Origin: Myxococcota bacterium
GTDB lineage: Bacteria > Myxococcota_A > SURF-8 > G963663525
Direction: 5' to 3'
Assembly (NCBI GenBank): GCA_963676915.2
Contig: CAXXVK010000049.1
Coordinates: 1 to 64,000, forward strand
DNA length: 64,000 bases
In this document: piece by piece, positions 18,327 through 28,013 of the stretch
Layout of the letters: each line of letters opens with the position of its first letter
Numbering within the stretch: position 1 is the stretch's first letter
Made by a program: the position numbers and the translations under genes
The notes under the pieces: generated by a model
What the model saw: only the letters and a program-made list of their open reading frames with translations
Databases searched by the model: none
What the model was told of the DNA's origin: nothing

Positions 18327-20153
18327 TCAAGACGAAAATGTATCGAGACGTGGAAGGTCGTCCGGGGATAGATTCCAGCTTTCTTTGTCGTTGGTGCCGT
18401 TTTCCAGCAATTCCGGTCCACGATTCAAATGACGGCTCCCCATTTGTTTTCGGTTCCAGTCTCCAACGATGCGGTGGGCTTCGGTGAAGGTCGTATGGCC
18501 GGTCATGGCCTTGATGTAAGCGTATTCTTCCAGTCGCTTGATGCCGTCCTGACGAATGCGCCGGTTGATTTGCTTGATGTCTGGCCAGGTGGAAAAGAAA
18601 TCGCGTACGGCGTTGGTCATGAAAAGACTTTCGAAGATCCCTGTACGCTTGGAGTATCCCGTGTTTCGGCAATGCTCGCATCCGCGTTCCACGTAGACTC
18701 GTTTCAATGTGTCGATCCCGAAATCCTTGGCGATCTTTCGTTCTTTTTCTGAGGGCTCGTTTTTCGAGCGGCAATAGCGGCAGACTCGACGTACGAGGTT
18801 TTGAGCTACGATCCCGCGAACCATCGAGGAAATCGTTCCGTAAGAAAGTCCCATCTGCACGAGTTTTTGCACGCTTTCTCCGATAGAAGAAGCATGGAAA
18901 CCAATCAGCACCAACGTGCCAAGCCTCGCCACTTCCACGCAGCGTTCCAGCGTTTCGGGATCGCTGACCGGATCGACGATGATAACACCTGGAAAATCAC
19001 GTATAGCGAGATTGAGTAGTTGCAGAGCGGTACGATCTCTTTCTGGATCGACCTCCCATTGGGTGATATCTTGCGTTTCATAGAGGATCGTTTTTTCGAT
19101 CGAATGCACGCTCCGACCGGCAAGAAAAAGATGGCGTGCCGCGTGATACAAGGTCGTAGACTTTCCGCCTCCTCGGGGTGATGCAACCACGATCAGACCC
19201 GTTTCCTTATCCATGGCTTTGTCGAAGCGATTGAACGTGGATTTGGTGAAACCGATTTGGTCGATGCGTTTGTTGAGAACGTAAAGGTTAGGGAGGTGCA
19301 GAATGTATCGGGTTTCTTCCGGGAAAACGATGCGAGACAGGCGGATGTTCGGCAATTGTCCTTGCAAACGCTGGGGGACGGTACCACGGATTTCGTGTTG
19401 GCTTCGGTTTTCGGAGAACTGAACGTAAAACATTTTCGCTAGAGTTGCGGCGAGAGTGTCCACGGTTCTGCGTGAAAATGAAGTGGCATAGACCGGTTCG
19501 TTGTCTATCAGGTACTCCACGGTGACGACCTGCTCGGAACAGCGAAATGTAATCCGGGTGCTACGCTGGTCTACAGCATTTAAAATCAAGTCGATCAGGT
19601 AGTTTTCGAGTTTGCTCGGGTCGTCTCGTACAAGGTCGGATGGCGGTTCGGTTTTGGCGTTTGCCCAATCCTCGTTTTCTTCGTCCATCGAGAGGATCGC
19701 CGATGGGGAAATATCATCGAAATAACGATCAATGGCCTGGTGAATCTCCGAATACGAGGCTAGAGAGATTGTTAATGGTAAGGATGTAAAAGTTTGTAAG
19801 ATATCGTAATGCTTTAGATTTCCAGGATTGAAAACGGCAACGTGCAGCTTTCCCTTTTCGATGCGGAAAGGAAAAAGGTGCTGTGCACGACAGGTTTCGG
19901 CGTCGAGGGATATTTCGTTGGGAACGTTGGCTTGTTGGGGATCGAGTTCGATACAGGGTTTTTGGTAGAGTTCCGAAAGGAGATCCCGCAGAGAAATAGG
20001 GTTTACATCGAAAAGTGTGATCAGTTCGACGAGAGCGTCTTCAGGCGGTTTGCCGTTCTCGACTTCTTGCCAAAGCGACTCTTCGGCATCGGACGGCAAT
20101 TGACCGTCGGCTTCGAGGCTACGCAAAATTCGCTTGAGTACGTTCCTGTTCAT
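18327..20153 (-). CDS. GspE/PilB-family secretion ATPase homolog with degenerate motifs
   Basis: T2SSE N-terminal domain, Walker A SPRGGGKSTT, AQNLVRRVCRYC...GCEHCRNTGYSKRTGIFE zinc motif and G.TTFTEA.R. Confidence 0.85.
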   Translation of the reverse strand: MNRNVLKRILRSLEADGQLPSDAEESLWQEVENGKPPEDALVELITLFDVNPISLRDLLSELYQKPCIELDPQQANVPNEISLDAETCRAQHLFPFRIEKGKLHVAVFNPGNLKHYDILQTFTSLPLTISLASYSEIHQAIDRYFDDISPSAILSMDEENEDWANAKTEPPSDLVRDDPSKLENYLIDLILNAVDQRSTRITFRCSEQVVTVEYLIDNEPVYATSFSRRTVDTLAATLAKMFYVQFSENRSQHEIRGTVPQRLQGQLPNIRLSRIVFPEETRYILHLPNLYVLNKRIDQIGFTKSTFNRFDKAMDKETGLIVVASPRGGGKSTTLYHAARHLFLAGRSVHSIEKTILYETQDITQWEVDPERDRTALQLLNLAIRDFPGVIIVDPVSDPETLERCVEVARLGTLVLIGFHASSIGESVQKLVQMGLSYGTISSMVRGIVAQNLVRRVCRYCRSKNEPSEKERKIAKDFGIDTLKRVYVERGCEHCRNTGYSKRTGIFESLFMTNAVRDFFSTWPDIKQINRRIRQDGIKRLEEYAYIKAMTGHTTFTEAHRIVGDWNRKQMGSRHLNRGPELLENGTNDKESWNLSPDDLPRLDTFSS

Positions 20154-20485
20154 ATGGGGTCTCGTTCGCCGTTCCTGGAGCGCAAACTTTTACGATTCGG
20201 GATGATGAGAACTGACAACCGAACTATCATACACTAAGTAAGGAAAAGAAACAACTTTCCTGTTGGATGTCAAAGTTCTTGTCAGATCGCTTTGAAAGAT
20301 GACGAAACATCAAGATATTCTGGATTCGTATGCCGTCTCGGGCTATAGTGCATTCGGTTCCGTGTATCATTGGGTTTTGTTGTGTGAATTGTCGTTTTTT
20401 ACTTGCGATGACGAATTTTCGACGCTTGGGACCATCGAATAGGATACGAATCGGATTCACCTTGGGAAAAACAGGAGGAAGGGAA

Positions 20486-21238
20486 ATGAAACGAATCGGA
20501 TTGGCCGCAATGATCCTGCTTCTGGTACTGGCGGTTGGATGCACGACGAAATTCAGCAATACGCGCACGAAACTGGAACAAAACAGCCGAGTGGCCGTAC
20601 TGTTGGTTGGCGATGACGGAACCGACTACGATTTCGGTATGGCCGAAAACTATGTGTTCAATGCGATGCTTAAGCACAACCTCGAACCGGTTTCATTGAA
20701 CTCTGCGGATGTGAAATCGTTTGGTGAGTTGCATAGGGATTACTTGGGAGAAGAAAAACTGAAGCAAGAAGCCAAAGAGCCGCTCGCGTTTTCTCCCGTC
20801 TTTTTGGAGAATATGCAGGAGTATCTCTCCGCTCGAAAGATCGATTACCTGTTGTTGCTCAATTTCGATATCAGCGGATTGGACGAACACCTTCAGGCCA
20901 TGCTCGTTCACGTAAACGACATGAAGATAACGGCTAGTAAATACTATGATTTCAGTATCATGAGCCCGATGTGCACGGGAACTTTTTTCGTTTCCTGGCT
21001 CTATTGTCCGTTCCTCATGGCTCGCAATTCCGAAGAAGCTTCCTATCTGATGATCAACGAAATGTTGGAAGAATTCATGGGAATGCGCGTGTCTTCTTCG
21101 CAAAGATCGAAACGACGCTCGGGCAAATCCCTTCGTTCTCGTGCTCGTCAGCGCAAGGCGACTCCCGAACCGGTCACGGGTGAAGAACCCATGGAAGATG
21201 AAGAGGAATTTGACGACGACTACGAATACGGCTACTAA
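20486..21238 (+). CDS. Hypothetical lipoprotein
   Basis: GGAGGAAGG RBS, lipobox MKRIGLAAMILLLVLAVG-C, and a basic then acidic C-terminal tail. Confidence 0.75.
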   Translation: MKRIGLAAMILLLVLAVGCTTKFSNTRTKLEQNSRVAVLLVGDDGTDYDFGMAENYVFNAMLKHNLEPVSLNSADVKSFGELHRDYLGEEKLKQEAKEPLAFSPVFLENMQEYLSARKIDYLLLLNFDISGLDEHLQAMLVHVNDMKITASKYYDFSIMSPMCTGTFFVSWLYCPFLMARNSEEASYLMINEMLEEFMGMRVSSSQRSKRRSGKSLRSRARQRKATPEPVTGEEPMEDEEEFDDDYEYGY

Positions 21239-21360
21239 GTCGGTTACTCCTTGAATTTCGTTTCGAGGATCGTTGTGGTACTCTGACATATTTTTCCGAC
21301 TTCGGAAGGATTAGCTGAATTCTCCCAATCGGGAAATCGAAATTCACGTGTGTTTTCAAG

Positions 21361-21927
21361 ATGTTTCAAAGAAACAAAATGGCTCGTAAATTGCATATGA
21401 TATGGAGTCGGTTCTTTGAAGCCTTGACGGTTCTCGTTTTTGCGGCCTTCGTCGGCTGTGTGATTCCTATGGATATCGAGGAACGCGACGAATCGGACAC
21501 TCGGGAGTATTGGCCCGTAATCGTGACGACGACTCCCGCCGTCGGTCGGGTAGAGATTTCCCGTGAGTGCACAGAGTTCGAATTCAAGATCCTCGAATAT
21601 ACCAAGCCACCGGAAGACGACTACATCAGCCAAATCGCTACAAGCTGGCGGTGGTTTCTGGATTATTACGAATCCACCGACCAACAGCCGCAGATAGGTG
21701 GGTTGACCTATTCGATCAATCCGTCCTTCCTTTGGGCGGAAGATTCGGAAGTTGCTGACGCAACGACGAAGACGCATTACATCGAAGTGGTGATCAGCGA
21801 CCGAAATTTCGATGATTCCGACCCCGAGGAACAACCTCGCTTTCGGATAACCCAACCCAATGCGAGAACCGATACGGCTACTTGGATATTGATTCCCACG
21901 GAAGGCCCGTGCCCGACGGAGGAGTAA
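21361..21927 (+). CDS. Hypothetical lipoprotein
   Basis: Lipobox AAFVG-C followed by a beta-rich body. Exact start is uncertain (21361, 21379 or 21397). Confidence 0.7.
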   Translation: MFQRNKMARKLHMIWSRFFEALTVLVFAAFVGCVIPMDIEERDESDTREYWPVIVTTTPAVGRVEISRECTEFEFKILEYTKPPEDDYISQIATSWRWFLDYYESTDQQPQIGGLTYSINPSFLWAEDSEVADATTKTHYIEVVISDRNFDDSDPEEQPRFRITQPNARTDTATWILIPTEGPCPTEE

Positions 21928-21935
21928 AAAGACCG

Positions 21936-23480
21936 TTGAAACGCTTGATTTCCATCTTTGTGATTGCATTTTGCTTGCTGGCAACGTCTCTTGGGTGTGT
22001 CGATCGACAAGATTTGGCTCGTGACCCGGATGGTCTCAACCTGGATAATTCCACCGGTACGGTAGGCTTGTTGATTACGCCGCCCCAGAACACCGGAATT
22101 CCCGTGCAAACCGTGTCGAGTTTGGATCTTCCGTCCTTCAATGGAACGATCCGATTGAAGCCAAACTATCTGTATACAGGCACTGTAACGGGGGACGACC
22201 TGCCGGTTTCTTCATGGATCAAATTGGCTCGTGTAAACCAAGGTGACGTTTTAGGGCAACGGCTTAGCAGTCCCAGTGTCTTTACCGACGACGAAAGCGC
22301 CGAGTTTTCTCTAGCGGCTTTGGCCGGAACCTACGATCTGTTCGTATATCCCAACAACGAAACGGCTTTTCCTCCCTTGATTTTGTATTCCGGGGTTGTG
22401 TTGTCTGAAGATACAAGCACGGCCATTACGTTTCCGAAAAACGTGATCGAGGTAAATGGGCGGATCGTGGATGCCGAGGCAAACGGTTTGGGAGGTCTGC
22501 GTGTCTGGGCCGAAACCAGCGGAGAAAGCAATTGGTATCGTAGTTCGAGAGAAATTACCGCCGATGGAGGGAGCGCCGGAGAGTTTTCTCTGAAACTCCC
22601 GGCAATCGATGGTACGTATACTGTTAATTTTACGGGATTTTCTTCGGAAAGCAATACCGCTCGCGAGGTGGATTCTTCCTTGTATCCCGAGGTAAACGCA
22701 GGGGCGTTGATCGAAATATTGGATGGTGAACTGTTGATTCCGCGAGACGCCTGGCTCGATTTATCCTATGAGACTTTCGAACCGTTATCTTGTGTCTTGA
22801 ACGGTCGCCTGTTGGATGATGAAGGAGAAGCGGTTTCCGAAGCACAAATCGTTGCTGCGACCGCAATAGGCGGTGGCATTTTCGAGCGTTCTGCCGTATC
22901 CGATACGGACGGTCGTTTCAAATTGAGCCTGTTGCAAAGTGTCTACCAGGTGAAAATCACTCCTTCCGGCGATTCCGACGCCGCTTTCACGATCCTTAAC
23001 GACTTGTCGTGCAAGGTCGAACAAAGGGATATCGATTTCGAACTCACCGAGCGCATTGCTCTAACCGGCACCCTCACCGATTCCTCGGCTCAACAACTTG
23101 CCGGAGTGGAAGTTCGGGCCACACGCCAATCGGGTAAAGATAACCAGGCCAGCTATACCAAATCCGCTTTTACGTTGCCGGACGGCAGTTATCGTCTCAA
23201 ACTGGACCCCGGAACCTACGACGTGCAATTCATTCCTCCGGCGGAATCGACCTTCTCTCGGGCCTATATCGGAGATGTCGCGCTATCGACGCAAGCCACA
23301 CTCGATCAGTCATTGGGGCAGGGCACATTGTTCGAAGGCAACGTGGTGGATGACAACGACCAGCCTGTTGCGAATGCTTTTATCGAAGTGTTTCGAATGA
23401 GGCAGGAATCCGAAACCGCAGAGCCGATCGGAGAAGGTTCGACGGACGAAAACGGAGTTTTCCGTATTGTCGTGCCGTAG
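21936..23480 (+). CDS. Lipoprotein with tandem carboxypeptidase-regulatory-like (prealbumin-like) domains
   Basis: TTG start after GGAG, lipobox ATSLG-C, repeated G.V.D..G..V..A.V and TD..G.F.L...G.Y.V motifs. Confidence 0.8.
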   Translation: MKRLISIFVIAFCLLATSLGCVDRQDLARDPDGLNLDNSTGTVGLLITPPQNTGIPVQTVSSLDLPSFNGTIRLKPNYLYTGTVTGDDLPVSSWIKLARVNQGDVLGQRLSSPSVFTDDESAEFSLAALAGTYDLFVYPNNETAFPPLILYSGVVLSEDTSTAITFPKNVIEVNGRIVDAEANGLGGLRVWAETSGESNWYRSSREITADGGSAGEFSLKLPAIDGTYTVNFTGFSSESNTAREVDSSLYPEVNAGALIEILDGELLIPRDAWLDLSYETFEPLSCVLNGRLLDDEGEAVSEAQIVAATAIGGGIFERSAVSDTDGRFKLSLLQSVYQVKITPSGDSDAAFTILNDLSCKVEQRDIDFELTERIALTGTLTDSSAQQLAGVEVRATRQSGKDNQASYTKSAFTLPDGSYRLKLDPGTYDVQFIPPAESTFSRAYIGDVALSTQATLDQSLGQGTLFEGNVVDDNDQPVANAFIEVFRMRQESETAEPIGEGSTDENGVFRIVVP

Positions 23481-23597
23481 TTCTTTACGTATATCCACGT
23501 AAAACTTGTGAGGGTATTGACCTTTTCCCTCCTTTTATGCTTTGTTTCATGCAGAGGTTCCGCACGTTCGGGGATTTCCCGAAAATTTCTATAATGG

Positions 23598-24614
23598 ATG
23601 ACGGCACGAATGAATCGTTTCCTTCCATTCACGGCGCTGGCTGTGTATGCCATGACGCTCGGTTATTTTCTTCTCGTGAGAGACGCGTTGTTTCTCTCGC
23701 CGACAGCTTTGGATGAAACGTGGTTTTCTTTTCTGTTGTATCGTTTTGAAGGCGGCTTGGACTTCCAGTTGTCTTTGGGACCAAACGTTTATGGTTCGGT
23801 GTTGGGATTGATGGCTTGTGGTTTGTTGCAGATTCCCATATTTCTGCATGCTTTTAAGCCGAAGAGCTGGAGCGCTCCCGTACCGGAAATTCTCCTGCCG
23901 TTTGCGTTTTTCTTATTGATGTCGCTGCTACATGACGCTTTGGCAATTGCGCTCGTGTGGAGCGCAATTACCGGATGGCTGTTTCTTCAATTTTACAGAT
24001 GGAACGATGCCAAACCGTTGTTTTTTATTGGCTTTGTTGAAGGACTCGCTTCCTTTTCACTTGTGTTTTCCGTGGCTTTGCTCGGACAAATGGCGGGGAC
24101 TTTCGAGGTTTCCAAGCTGTTTTCCCAAAATGCTTGTTCTAACTTTTTTGCTTTGAACGCTCTCGAAATTCCTGCACGATACACGGTGGCTAGCAATTTG
24201 GGTGGAATCTCCTGGGGCGTAGCGGTGATTTTAGGCATGGTCTCTCCGTGGATTCTTCGACGCCGAGAGATTTGTACCGTTTCGTTTGGAGTTTCCTGGG
24301 TGCTTTTTTTACTCGCCAGCGGCTATTTGGTTATTGTGGCATCTCCTTGTTTTGGAATCGAGAATCAATGGCCGATCTCGATTGAAATTGCCCTGGGATT
24401 CTCGGCGCTTGTTGGATTGGGCTGGTTGGTTTCGAGGACGTTTTGGGAGCGGTTTTCTCTCAATTTCTCATTGATCCCTAAAGCTTTTTCGCGTTTTTCG
24501 TTTTTTGCCGACAAAGGAAAGAAATTTCACACTGTAGGTTTTCTCGTGTTGGCCATGTTGGTCTTCGTATCATTATTGCTGGCATCGCTTTTCGTTCCTG
24601 TGGAGATGCCATGA
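23598..24614 (+). CDS. Highly diverged, truncated NuoL/MrpA-like membrane protein
   Basis: Multi-TM. Segments LDFQLSLGPNVYGSVLGLMACG, FAFFLLMSLLHDA..LVWSAITGWLFLQFYRW and LLGQMAGTFEVSKL parallel the NuoL N-terminal half. First of three translationally coupled genes. Confidence 0.5.
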   Translation: MTARMNRFLPFTALAVYAMTLGYFLLVRDALFLSPTALDETWFSFLLYRFEGGLDFQLSLGPNVYGSVLGLMACGLLQIPIFLHAFKPKSWSAPVPEILLPFAFFLLMSLLHDALAIALVWSAITGWLFLQFYRWNDAKPLFFIGFVEGLASFSLVFSVALLGQMAGTFEVSKLFSQNACSNFFALNALEIPARYTVASNLGGISWGVAVILGMVSPWILRRREICTVSFGVSWVLFLLASGYLVIVASPCFGIENQWPISIEIALGFSALVGLGWLVSRTFWERFSLNFSLIPKAFSRFSFFADKGKKFHTVGFLVLAMLVFVSLLLASLFVPVEMP

Positions 24615-25975
24615 ACCTTTTTGCATTTTCTATCATTCATTTTATTGCAATTCTTTCGTTGGCGGGATTTATAGCGATTCGGTCGAATCGTTGGCAAAGG
24701 ATTCTGAATCGGATCGTTTTGACGGGTTTGTTTGTGGCAGCGCTTGCGGTGTTCGGTCGATTTCTTGAGGGGCTTGCTCATATGCCGACGGAAGTCCTGC
24801 CCGCATATGAACCCGTGGTAGAGGATTGGGTAAAACTCTCCTGGTGGAGTGACGCGGGGCTTGTGCCTACTTTCGGATTTCATCCGACGGGGCTGGTTTA
24901 TTTCCTCGCTGGGTGGCTGTTGTTTTTGTGTCAAGGTTGGGATTTGCACGAAAAGCCATTGCGTTCACGAATGGCTTGGATTTTCGGAGCGATTTTGTGG
25001 CCGTGGCTTTGTTTCTCGTTGGATTTGTTCGGTTTTTCCTTGATCGGACTTCTACTGACGTGGAATTTTGCGTGGTTTGATTCAAAGGAAGAACGGGACG
25101 AGTTGAAAGGCCGATTGTTCGCCTGGTTGCCTTTGGCGGGGATGGTGCTATTCGTCTCTGCTTGGCTTGCGGCGGCATCTTCCGTAATGGTTTCTCTGGG
25201 AATGGGAACGTTTTTCGACCTGGGAGCCGAGACGATGCCGCTTTCTCGACAGAATCTAGCGTTTTTTCTTGGGATGGGAGGATGGCTGTTGACCTCTGGC
25301 GTCGTTTCTCTTGTTCCGTCTCGAAAAAACAGACTATCGAACTTGAATCGGAATCTTTCTGTTTTGCTGGGATTTCTGGCATTTGGTCATCTTTTGTTGC
25401 TTTTTCCCGAAGCCTTGCGGAATCATGCACCGTTTCTACTTGGAACGGCATGTTGTATCGCGCTTGTGGGAACGTTCAAAAACATGCTTGGTAAAACATC
25501 GCGAGCCGTTTGGTTGCCGTTTCCGGTGGCGCTAGCGTTGGGCGCGTGGTCAACGTTGCAGATGGATGGCTTCGTGGCGGCTCCGCTCTTGGTTGTTTCC
25601 GCCGTGATGACCGTAGCGTTGGGTTCGTTGGAGAATGAGAGCGGGATGTCTTCCCGCTGGCGGATGTTTCTGGCCAGTGGCTTGCCGTTTTCACCTATGT
25701 TTCCGGGAATGTTGCTCGTATTGATCGCATGTGTTTTGCAGAACGATCCTTTGATTTGGGGCGCTTTTGGCGGAATGCTCGTTCTGTATATGACGGGATT
25801 GTTTCAATTTTTAAAGCGAAAAGGGCAGGGGGGCGAGCCAGACAAGAAAGAGAATCCGTGGCTTCGGGGCGTTTCTTGTGTTCTCGCTTTGGTTTTGCTT
25901 TTGCTGTTTGTGCGTTTTTTGCAACTGGCGGCGGCTCCCATGGCGTTTCAACTTTTCCGCGTTTGGCCGAGGTAA
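24611..25975 (+). CDS. Diverged NuoM-like proton-conducting-transporter membrane protein
   Basis: WWSDAGLVPTFGFHPTGL, CFSLDLFGF and LASGLPFSPMFPGMLLVL resemble NuoM segments. ATGA overlap with the upstream gene. Confidence 0.55.
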   Translation: MNLFAFSIIHFIAILSLAGFIAIRSNRWQRILNRIVLTGLFVAALAVFGRFLEGLAHMPTEVLPAYEPVVEDWVKLSWWSDAGLVPTFGFHPTGLVYFLAGWLLFLCQGWDLHEKPLRSRMAWIFGAILWPWLCFSLDLFGFSLIGLLLTWNFAWFDSKEERDELKGRLFAWLPLAGMVLFVSAWLAAASSVMVSLGMGTFFDLGAETMPLSRQNLAFFLGMGGWLLTSGVVSLVPSRKNRLSNLNRNLSVLLGFLAFGHLLLLFPEALRNHAPFLLGTACCIALVGTFKNMLGKTSRAVWLPFPVALALGAWSTLQMDGFVAAPLLVVSAVMTVALGSLENESGMSSRWRMFLASGLPFSPMFPGMLLVLIACVLQNDPLIWGAFGGMLVLYMTGLFQFLKRKGQGGEPDKKENPWLRGVSCVLALVLLLLFVRFLQLAAAPMAFQLFRVWPR

Positions 25976-27208
25976 ATGTTGCGTTGGTTTTCCTCCATTC
26001 TTGGCTTATTAGCCCTGACCGCTTTGGTTGGCAGTTTTACCCTGTCCGGGGAATTTTCGTTCCCGCAAGCTCATCCGTCTCTTTGGTTCTTTGGTCGTAT
26101 GTGGCTGTTGTTGTCGGCGGTTTCTTTGTTTCTTCCTTGTCAGAAGTTGACTCGATTTCGGCTTGTTTCACAAGCTCTAACGATCATCGCGGGGGGTGCG
26201 GCGCTGATTTCTTCCAATATGTTGTTAACTTTTATCGCCCTGGAAATAGCCCTGTTTTCCATAGTTTGGGAAAGAATCAAATCGCTTTCAAAGCTCGCTC
26301 CTACAACCTTTTCTCTTTCTATGATCTCGGGATTTCTACTGATGGCCGTTTCGCTGGCCTGGATCGTCTCAACTCTGGATGTTTCCGGAATCACTGAAAT
26401 TTCCCAGCGCTTTTTACCACGACGTTCCATGAGATTCGCCGCTGTGGGGTTGTTGTTCGGTGTGGCGATGCAGCTTTGGGGTATAGGTTGGGGAAGTGAG
26501 TCGGAGAACGAGTCCAAAAAGTTCGACAATTCCGAACTGCTACGGCTGGGAATACCGATCCTTTTAGGAATTCCGGTGCTATGGAAGATTTTTCATTTGG
26601 GAATTTCGGTACACGCGGATTTCTGGAGTGGACCATTTCAGGTATTGGGTCTTGTTGGCTTATCGATTTCGGGCGTAGCTGCCGTTTTGGCGACCGGTTT
26701 CGTGCAACGATTCAAAAGAGTCAGCCTGGCGGTTTTGTCGGGGATGATCGTCTTTCTTGCCCAACCTGGAAACAATTCCTGGTATCCCTTGGCGGCTATT
26801 GCTGTTTCCTGGTCGATCGGAGTGTTTCTTGCTATGGGGTTGCAGGAGCATTCCGAATCCAAGCCCCCCAAAAAAGATTTTACTGAAAATACAGGCCGTT
26901 GGTTGGGAGTGGCGGCTCTTGCTTTTGCTTGCGGATTGCCGTTGACACTTGGGTTTTTAGGTCGTTTTTCATCCAGCACGATCTTGCTGGCTTCGGAGCA
27001 ATTTTATGCCGGAGTCGGTTCGATGATCGGGTGGTTTCTTTGCTGGGTTGCTATCGGCTCCGAAATTCTACACCGGAAGAAAAGCCTCGTTTTTGCGAAA
27101 AAATGGGGCTTGGCCTGGGTGATTGCAATTCTTCTGGTGGGTCTGGTTTACAGCCTGTTTCCAGGGATTATGGAGTATTTTCCGGGAGTTCCTCTTCTGC
27201 TGGTCTGA
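25976..27208 (+). CDS. Diverged NuoN-like membrane protein
   Basis: SSNMLLTFIALEIALFS and CGLPLTLGFLGRF match the NuoN patterns DL..LF.GLE and GIPP..GF.GKF. Abuts the upstream stop codon. Confidence 0.6.
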   Translation: MLRWFSSILGLLALTALVGSFTLSGEFSFPQAHPSLWFFGRMWLLLSAVSLFLPCQKLTRFRLVSQALTIIAGGAALISSNMLLTFIALEIALFSIVWERIKSLSKLAPTTFSLSMISGFLLMAVSLAWIVSTLDVSGITEISQRFLPRRSMRFAAVGLLFGVAMQLWGIGWGSESENESKKFDNSELLRLGIPILLGIPVLWKIFHLGISVHADFWSGPFQVLGLVGLSISGVAAVLATGFVQRFKRVSLAVLSGMIVFLAQPGNNSWYPLAAIAVSWSIGVFLAMGLQEHSESKPPKKDFTENTGRWLGVAALAFACGLPLTLGFLGRFSSSTILLASEQFYAGVGSMIGWFLCWVAIGSEILHRKKSLVFAKKWGLAWVIAILLVGLVYSLFPGIMEYFPGVPLLLV

Positions 27209-28004
27209 GGTCTTCGGGAGGTGGAGGGTGTAAGCCTGCGTCGAATTCTTCGGGAGAAATCTCCCGGTATTCCGCCGGAGGTTGCAAAAAGGACTCGGCC
27301 ACCTTTTTATGCTGCATATCCGTTGTGATTTCTTCACGCAGCTTCAGCACATTCTGGTATGTGTCCAATTGCACATGCTTCATGTAAAGTGGCATGGTGT
27401 AGCCGTCTTCTGGCAGAAGATCGGGGCGCCACTCGTAAAACGGAGTATCCTTGTCACGGGTCCAACATTCTTCCATGTGGACGGAACCGTTCTCGACTAG
27501 CATGTCCTTTTTCCACATTTCGCAGGATTTACCTGCAAACTCCCGTTTTTCACCCATGGGTAAATACCCGATTTCACTCAAAGGCTGGGAAGGTGTCAGG
27601 GGGAACTCTCCTGTCGTTCGTGTATAGACCGCCCGGAAATGGTCGAGGTTCAGGACGACACCTTCTTTTTCCCAGAAAAGACTGCTCAAAGCGACCTGCC
27701 GTTGGGATTCTAAGGTCAATTCAGGAATCGAAGGATTGACGACCGAATCGAGGGTTTCGATATGCGATTTTCCGGGAATCCCGGTGGTACGTTTCTTTTC
27801 GTTCAGGCTGATCATAATGCCGTTGGGTTGTCTCGTCTGAGTCCGAACCTCGGTGAGGAACTCCCAGCCGTCAAGCAGGTTTTCTGCAGGAGCATTTTTC
27901 AACGCGGGAGGTTCGTTGAATACCGTCGGTTGGCATCCCTCACAACCCGAAAAAAAGAACACCGAGAGCAACAGGAAAATCAGTGGTGTAAAAAACCGGT
28001 TCAT
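27168..28004 (-). CDS. Hypothetical lipoprotein (DUF4412-like)
   Basis: Lipobox FFFSG-C and GEKREFAGKSCEMW motif. Overlaps the nuoN-like gene convergently by 41 nt. Confidence 0.6.
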   Translation of the reverse strand: MNRFFTPLIFLLLSVFFFSGCEGCQPTVFNEPPALKNAPAENLLDGWEFLTEVRTQTRQPNGIMISLNEKKRTTGIPGKSHIETLDSVVNPSIPELTLESQRQVALSSLFWEKEGVVLNLDHFRAVYTRTTGEFPLTPSQPLSEIGYLPMGEKREFAGKSCEMWKKDMLVENGSVHMEECWTRDKDTPFYEWRPDLLPEDGYTMPLYMKHVQLDTYQNVLKLREEITTDMQHKKVAESFLQPPAEYREISPEEFDAGLHPPPPEDLRPAEEELPENTP

Positions 28005-28013
28005 AGCGTCCCT

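Noticed and set aside
27168-27208. 41-nt convergent overlap between the nuoN-like gene and the lipoprotein gene
   Set aside because: Short 3' overlaps are common in compact genomes and nothing here indicates a function.
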